A DNA stretch of 64,000 bases, from positions 4,860,175-4,924,174 of the forward strand of contig NC_134032.1 in the NCBI RefSeq assembly GCF_964204645.1, given 5' to 3'. The notes under the pieces are model-generated. The model made no database searches, was not told the origin of the DNA, and was given only the letters and a program-made list of their open reading frames with translations. Source of the stretch: Tubulanus polymorphus (Eukaryota > Animalia > Nemertea). The first letter of the stretch is position 1. Each line of letters starts with the position of its first letter. The position numbers were made by a program, and so were the translations under genes. Positions 60,332 to 64,000 of this stretch are shown here, one piece after another.

Positions 60332-63300
60332 CATTATATTTGCAGTATTCACTAATCCAAGATTAAGATCAGTCAGTTAACTTGATCAGTTTTTGAAGTT
60401 ATTGCTAGTCCGATATCAGTCGGTTGATTTGTAGTTTTGACTAACGAGGAATCCAAAAGTGTTTCAGTCAAACGTCTCCTATCATTGAGGAATGACTTGA
60501 ACAGTTAGGAATGTACATCGTACACATTCCAAATTAAGGGTTTAAAAGAAGTTTAAGTGCGAGCATTATACTTATATTGCGCAATTGCCATGATTGATAC
60601 GAAAACGTTTCTAGAATCGGATGACAATTTATATAGAATTGGAGTCAGATGTGCATTGTTTTGGGGTTGTTTCGAACTTCGCTGAATCACTGAATCGTTG
60701 ATTATTATATTTTTATTTCGCTGATTTGAATTTACGCTGAATCCATGCACATTTTACATATTCTAAAGAATAAGTTTCATTTGACCGATTCATTGATAAA
60801 TTTCATTACATATATTCTATAAAAATTCAGTTGGATTACGGTAACGAATGTATTTTGCGGAGAGCGGTAACGGCTTTCAGCTTACGTCATCGGTACTTCG
60901 ATGTAGTCTCACGGCTTTAATAGTGATTCGCCCTGGGGACCCGAGTTTCAGATATGACAGAAAAATATACAAAAAATCGCGACGATTGTAAGTTGAGGCA
61001 ACGATTGAAATGAAATCATTTGACTGCTGGATGTAATCACAAATAACAAATAAATGACGCCGAAATAGTCTACCTTTCAATTCAGTTGGTTTTCCACAGT
61101 AGCTGTTTGAAAGAGTCTACTGCTGAAAAGTGACTGTTGTAAAACATCTGATGTGCTAGTGTGCAACCGATTGTAAACAGCGATTTAGTGATAGTAACTC
61201 CTACCACAATAGCTACTCTCAAAACACATCGTTTCTAAAAGTCAACTAGTGAAAAATTGACCATTTTGAGATGGCACAGTAATTTCCTGTTCAAAATAGC
61301 CACATCTGTTAAAGATTTGCAGTGATACGTGACAGGGTCAAAGGTACTGTTAAACCCCATATGCTTTGTATACAGAACTCTGTATGCTTTGAATACAGTT
61401 CTGCCAATAGAAATCCTAGTTACTGAGTTGCTAAGAACCCCCTAAATTATATCACGCTCAACAAAATGGGAATAACCAATAGGAAAACTATTGATTTATA
61501 TAACATCATTATGGATTCAATCCGTTAAAACAAGTATTGTGCCAGATCTAATTTAGAATTTTATGATTTTTGTTTTATATTTGCGATTATAAAACATACT
61601 GGTGCATTCATACTGTCATAAATCTTTGATTCTGTAGAAATGAATTTGTCTTTTTTGAATTTGGCTTCATTTGTCTTCAAGGATATATGAGAGACGAAAA
61701 TACAAATAAAATCATATGTTCATGAAATGGATTATGTCTTTAGATCTCTTTACTTGGATGAAAGACTACAAAAAATTTTCCCAAAAAATGTATCTAAAAT
61801 ACTTAGAATTAACCTACAATTATTGTTTATTACGATACAATCAGTTTTTAAGTAATCCATGTGATGTTCACTTTGTCACGCTGTTCTCTGCTTGTTCGTT
61901 TATGAATATTAACCCTTTAATGCTTGTTAGAATTGATACCTTAACCGAAATTTCATTTCATAGTTATACAGTTTGGTTGAAATGATATTACAACCTCTAA
62001 TATAAGATCAAAATAATAGTGCATTTTATTTTAATCTAATACCCATTACTCACTGAGGGTATGCTAGTGAGAATAAGCCTAACAATTATCAATATTGATT
62101 GAATAAATACTGAAATAAACTCAGTTGAGATGTTCACGTAGTTTTGAAATCAGTTATTCCAATTTGATAAAAAAAACCTCTTCTGGTCTAAAAAAAAGAA
62201 TGCAAGGCTGAAATTTAAGTTTCACATGCTTTCCTACTTTGTTGAGTAAATTATTTGTATAGGTTATCAAAAGCCCAGCAGCAGCTATCAGTCAACAGGT
62301 GAATTACACTGGCTAACTATACAGTGATTGATGAACGAATAAACAAACTGCACTGACCACCAAAAATAATGACCTCTTAATAGTAATAAACTTAGCACCT
62401 CAAAGTTGTATTTGAAGATGCCAATGAAATAAAATGCCAATGAATCGCTGAATTTTAAGGTACTTAATCAGTTTTTTTCCAATATAACTCATTTTCTCAA
62501 ATTATCGTAGAATAAAAACTACTTTTATATCAGTGGCAGTGATACGACAAAAAGGCATTTATGGTAAGAATAACGTTACCAATTCGTTAGATTGGAAGTG
62601 AATGCAGGGACCAACAAAGGTGCTGATTTAAGATGCCGATATACAGAGAATCTCTCCCGTAGCGACTGACACGGTTGCATATACCTTCCGTGGCGACAAG
62701 TAATAATTTTCTATCTAAACGACTACATGACACGAAGTAGTCGAATAGAACACTAATCCGATAAATGAAGAAATTCTGCAATAAAATTTTATACGATGAC
62801 ATTTAATTATCAAAATTAAACCGCAACAACGTTCGGATTTTCAGTGACTGCCATCTGACTTAAATCACTGGAATGTCTACATTCCACCTGATGATGGCTG
62901 TTAGTCAACAGTCAAAACGTTGCAATTTCATCTCAACACATGTTATCATATTAAGAGTTCTATTACGGTATTTCTTCATTCATGACCTCAAGGTGAAGAT
63001 CACCAAAGGCCGTTACCGTAATCCAAATGAAATCTTGAATACTATACGAAATTTCTTATTTCTATTAAATTCGGCCTCAGTTCGGAAGATTTCTTTAGAA
63101 TGCATTGATAGATCCCCATAAATCTATTATAGATACAGCATATTTTATCTTTTTAAATCAACATTTTAGCGAAATTAATATAAAATCATGGGAGGTTCGA
63201 ACACTCCAAAATGCACATCTAAATTTATGATGCAAAGACATCCAGACCCCCGTTGAAAATAAACCACCATTTCAAAAATGAGAGGTTAGCCTGAATTTAA

Positions 63301-64000
63301 GAAATTTAATCAAAATATGAATGCAGACATGCTTGAAAATAGCTGTATTTGTTAAAATCGAATTCTGCATTAAACTAATATCGCCATTAAAAGAAGGAAA
63401 TTTCGATTCATCGTAAAACTCCATAACCAATGACAATTTGTAAACTAATTTACTCCAATCTCGATTTTTATTGGTTAGACTATCTTCAGAGCTTAACTGA
63501 GACACTCAAAATACAACTATATCCCAAACTATAGCGTGGGTATAGAATTTTCCACTAGTTTCTCAATGTGTTCATGTTGCCACGTATCACCGCAAATCTT
63601 AAGTGGCTACTAAGTAAAAGTAGACGTTTAGGCTCAAATGTGCGATAGACATGTTCTTGGATTCAGAGAACAATACAGAGACATGGGGCCAGGCCCTCAT
63701 CCATTTTTCTGATGCTTGAACATAATTTTTTTCATCGGCTGCTGTTAAAGGATACCAGTGTAAAACCCTTATTGTCGTATTTCTGCATAGCGTTACATTC
63801 TGAAATTCTTCAACAGTTCGTGGGCTTAGATAGATTTTAACCTTCATCTTATACATTAGATAATCTTTTAGCCTCATTGAATCTATTGTAATCGTTATTA
63901 TCCTTTTTGCATAAAACATGCCTGAAATTGTGAGCATATACCATTCCTAATTTCAACTAAGAAAGTGCTCAGAAAGCATCTAAACGCATCTCATTCTTCA

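Noticed and set aside
60400-64000. Short ORFs and possible host exons
   Set aside because: No recognisable domains or consistent exon structure.

Overview
AT-rich eukaryotic (probably marine invertebrate) DNA made almost entirely of nested mobile elements; no host gene is recognisable. The centrepiece is a full-length 19,014-bp Polinton/Maverick-type endogenous virus (5247-24260) with a 6-bp TSD (CATATT) and identical 381-bp TIRs. It encodes a group-2-like pPolB (disrupted), an rve integrase with chromodomain, an A32-like ATPase, major and minor capsid proteins, an HNH nuclease and several membrane proteins. It sits in the zinc knuckle of an RTEX-like LINE, which itself sits in a BEL/Pao LTR element. 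Three further related Polinton pieces occur at 1-872, 29673-38477 and about 40300-41150. Other elements are two more BEL elements, CR1-like LINE fragments, a Chapaev DNA transposon with a RAG1-like, PHD-containing transposase (46658-52144), MITEs and a HINE-like repeat. Two features stand out. (1) Nearly every Polinton gene starts at TAAATG and falls into one of two fixed-spacing classes: T-tract/N6/TAAATG for virion genes and AATAAAAA-N9-TAAA(A)TG for replication-type genes, resembling poxvirus late and intermediate promoters. (2) Each end is a 187-nt imperfect fold-back hairpin. Together these suggest, by inference only, an integrated virophage-like parasite of a poxvirus-like cytoplasmic virus.
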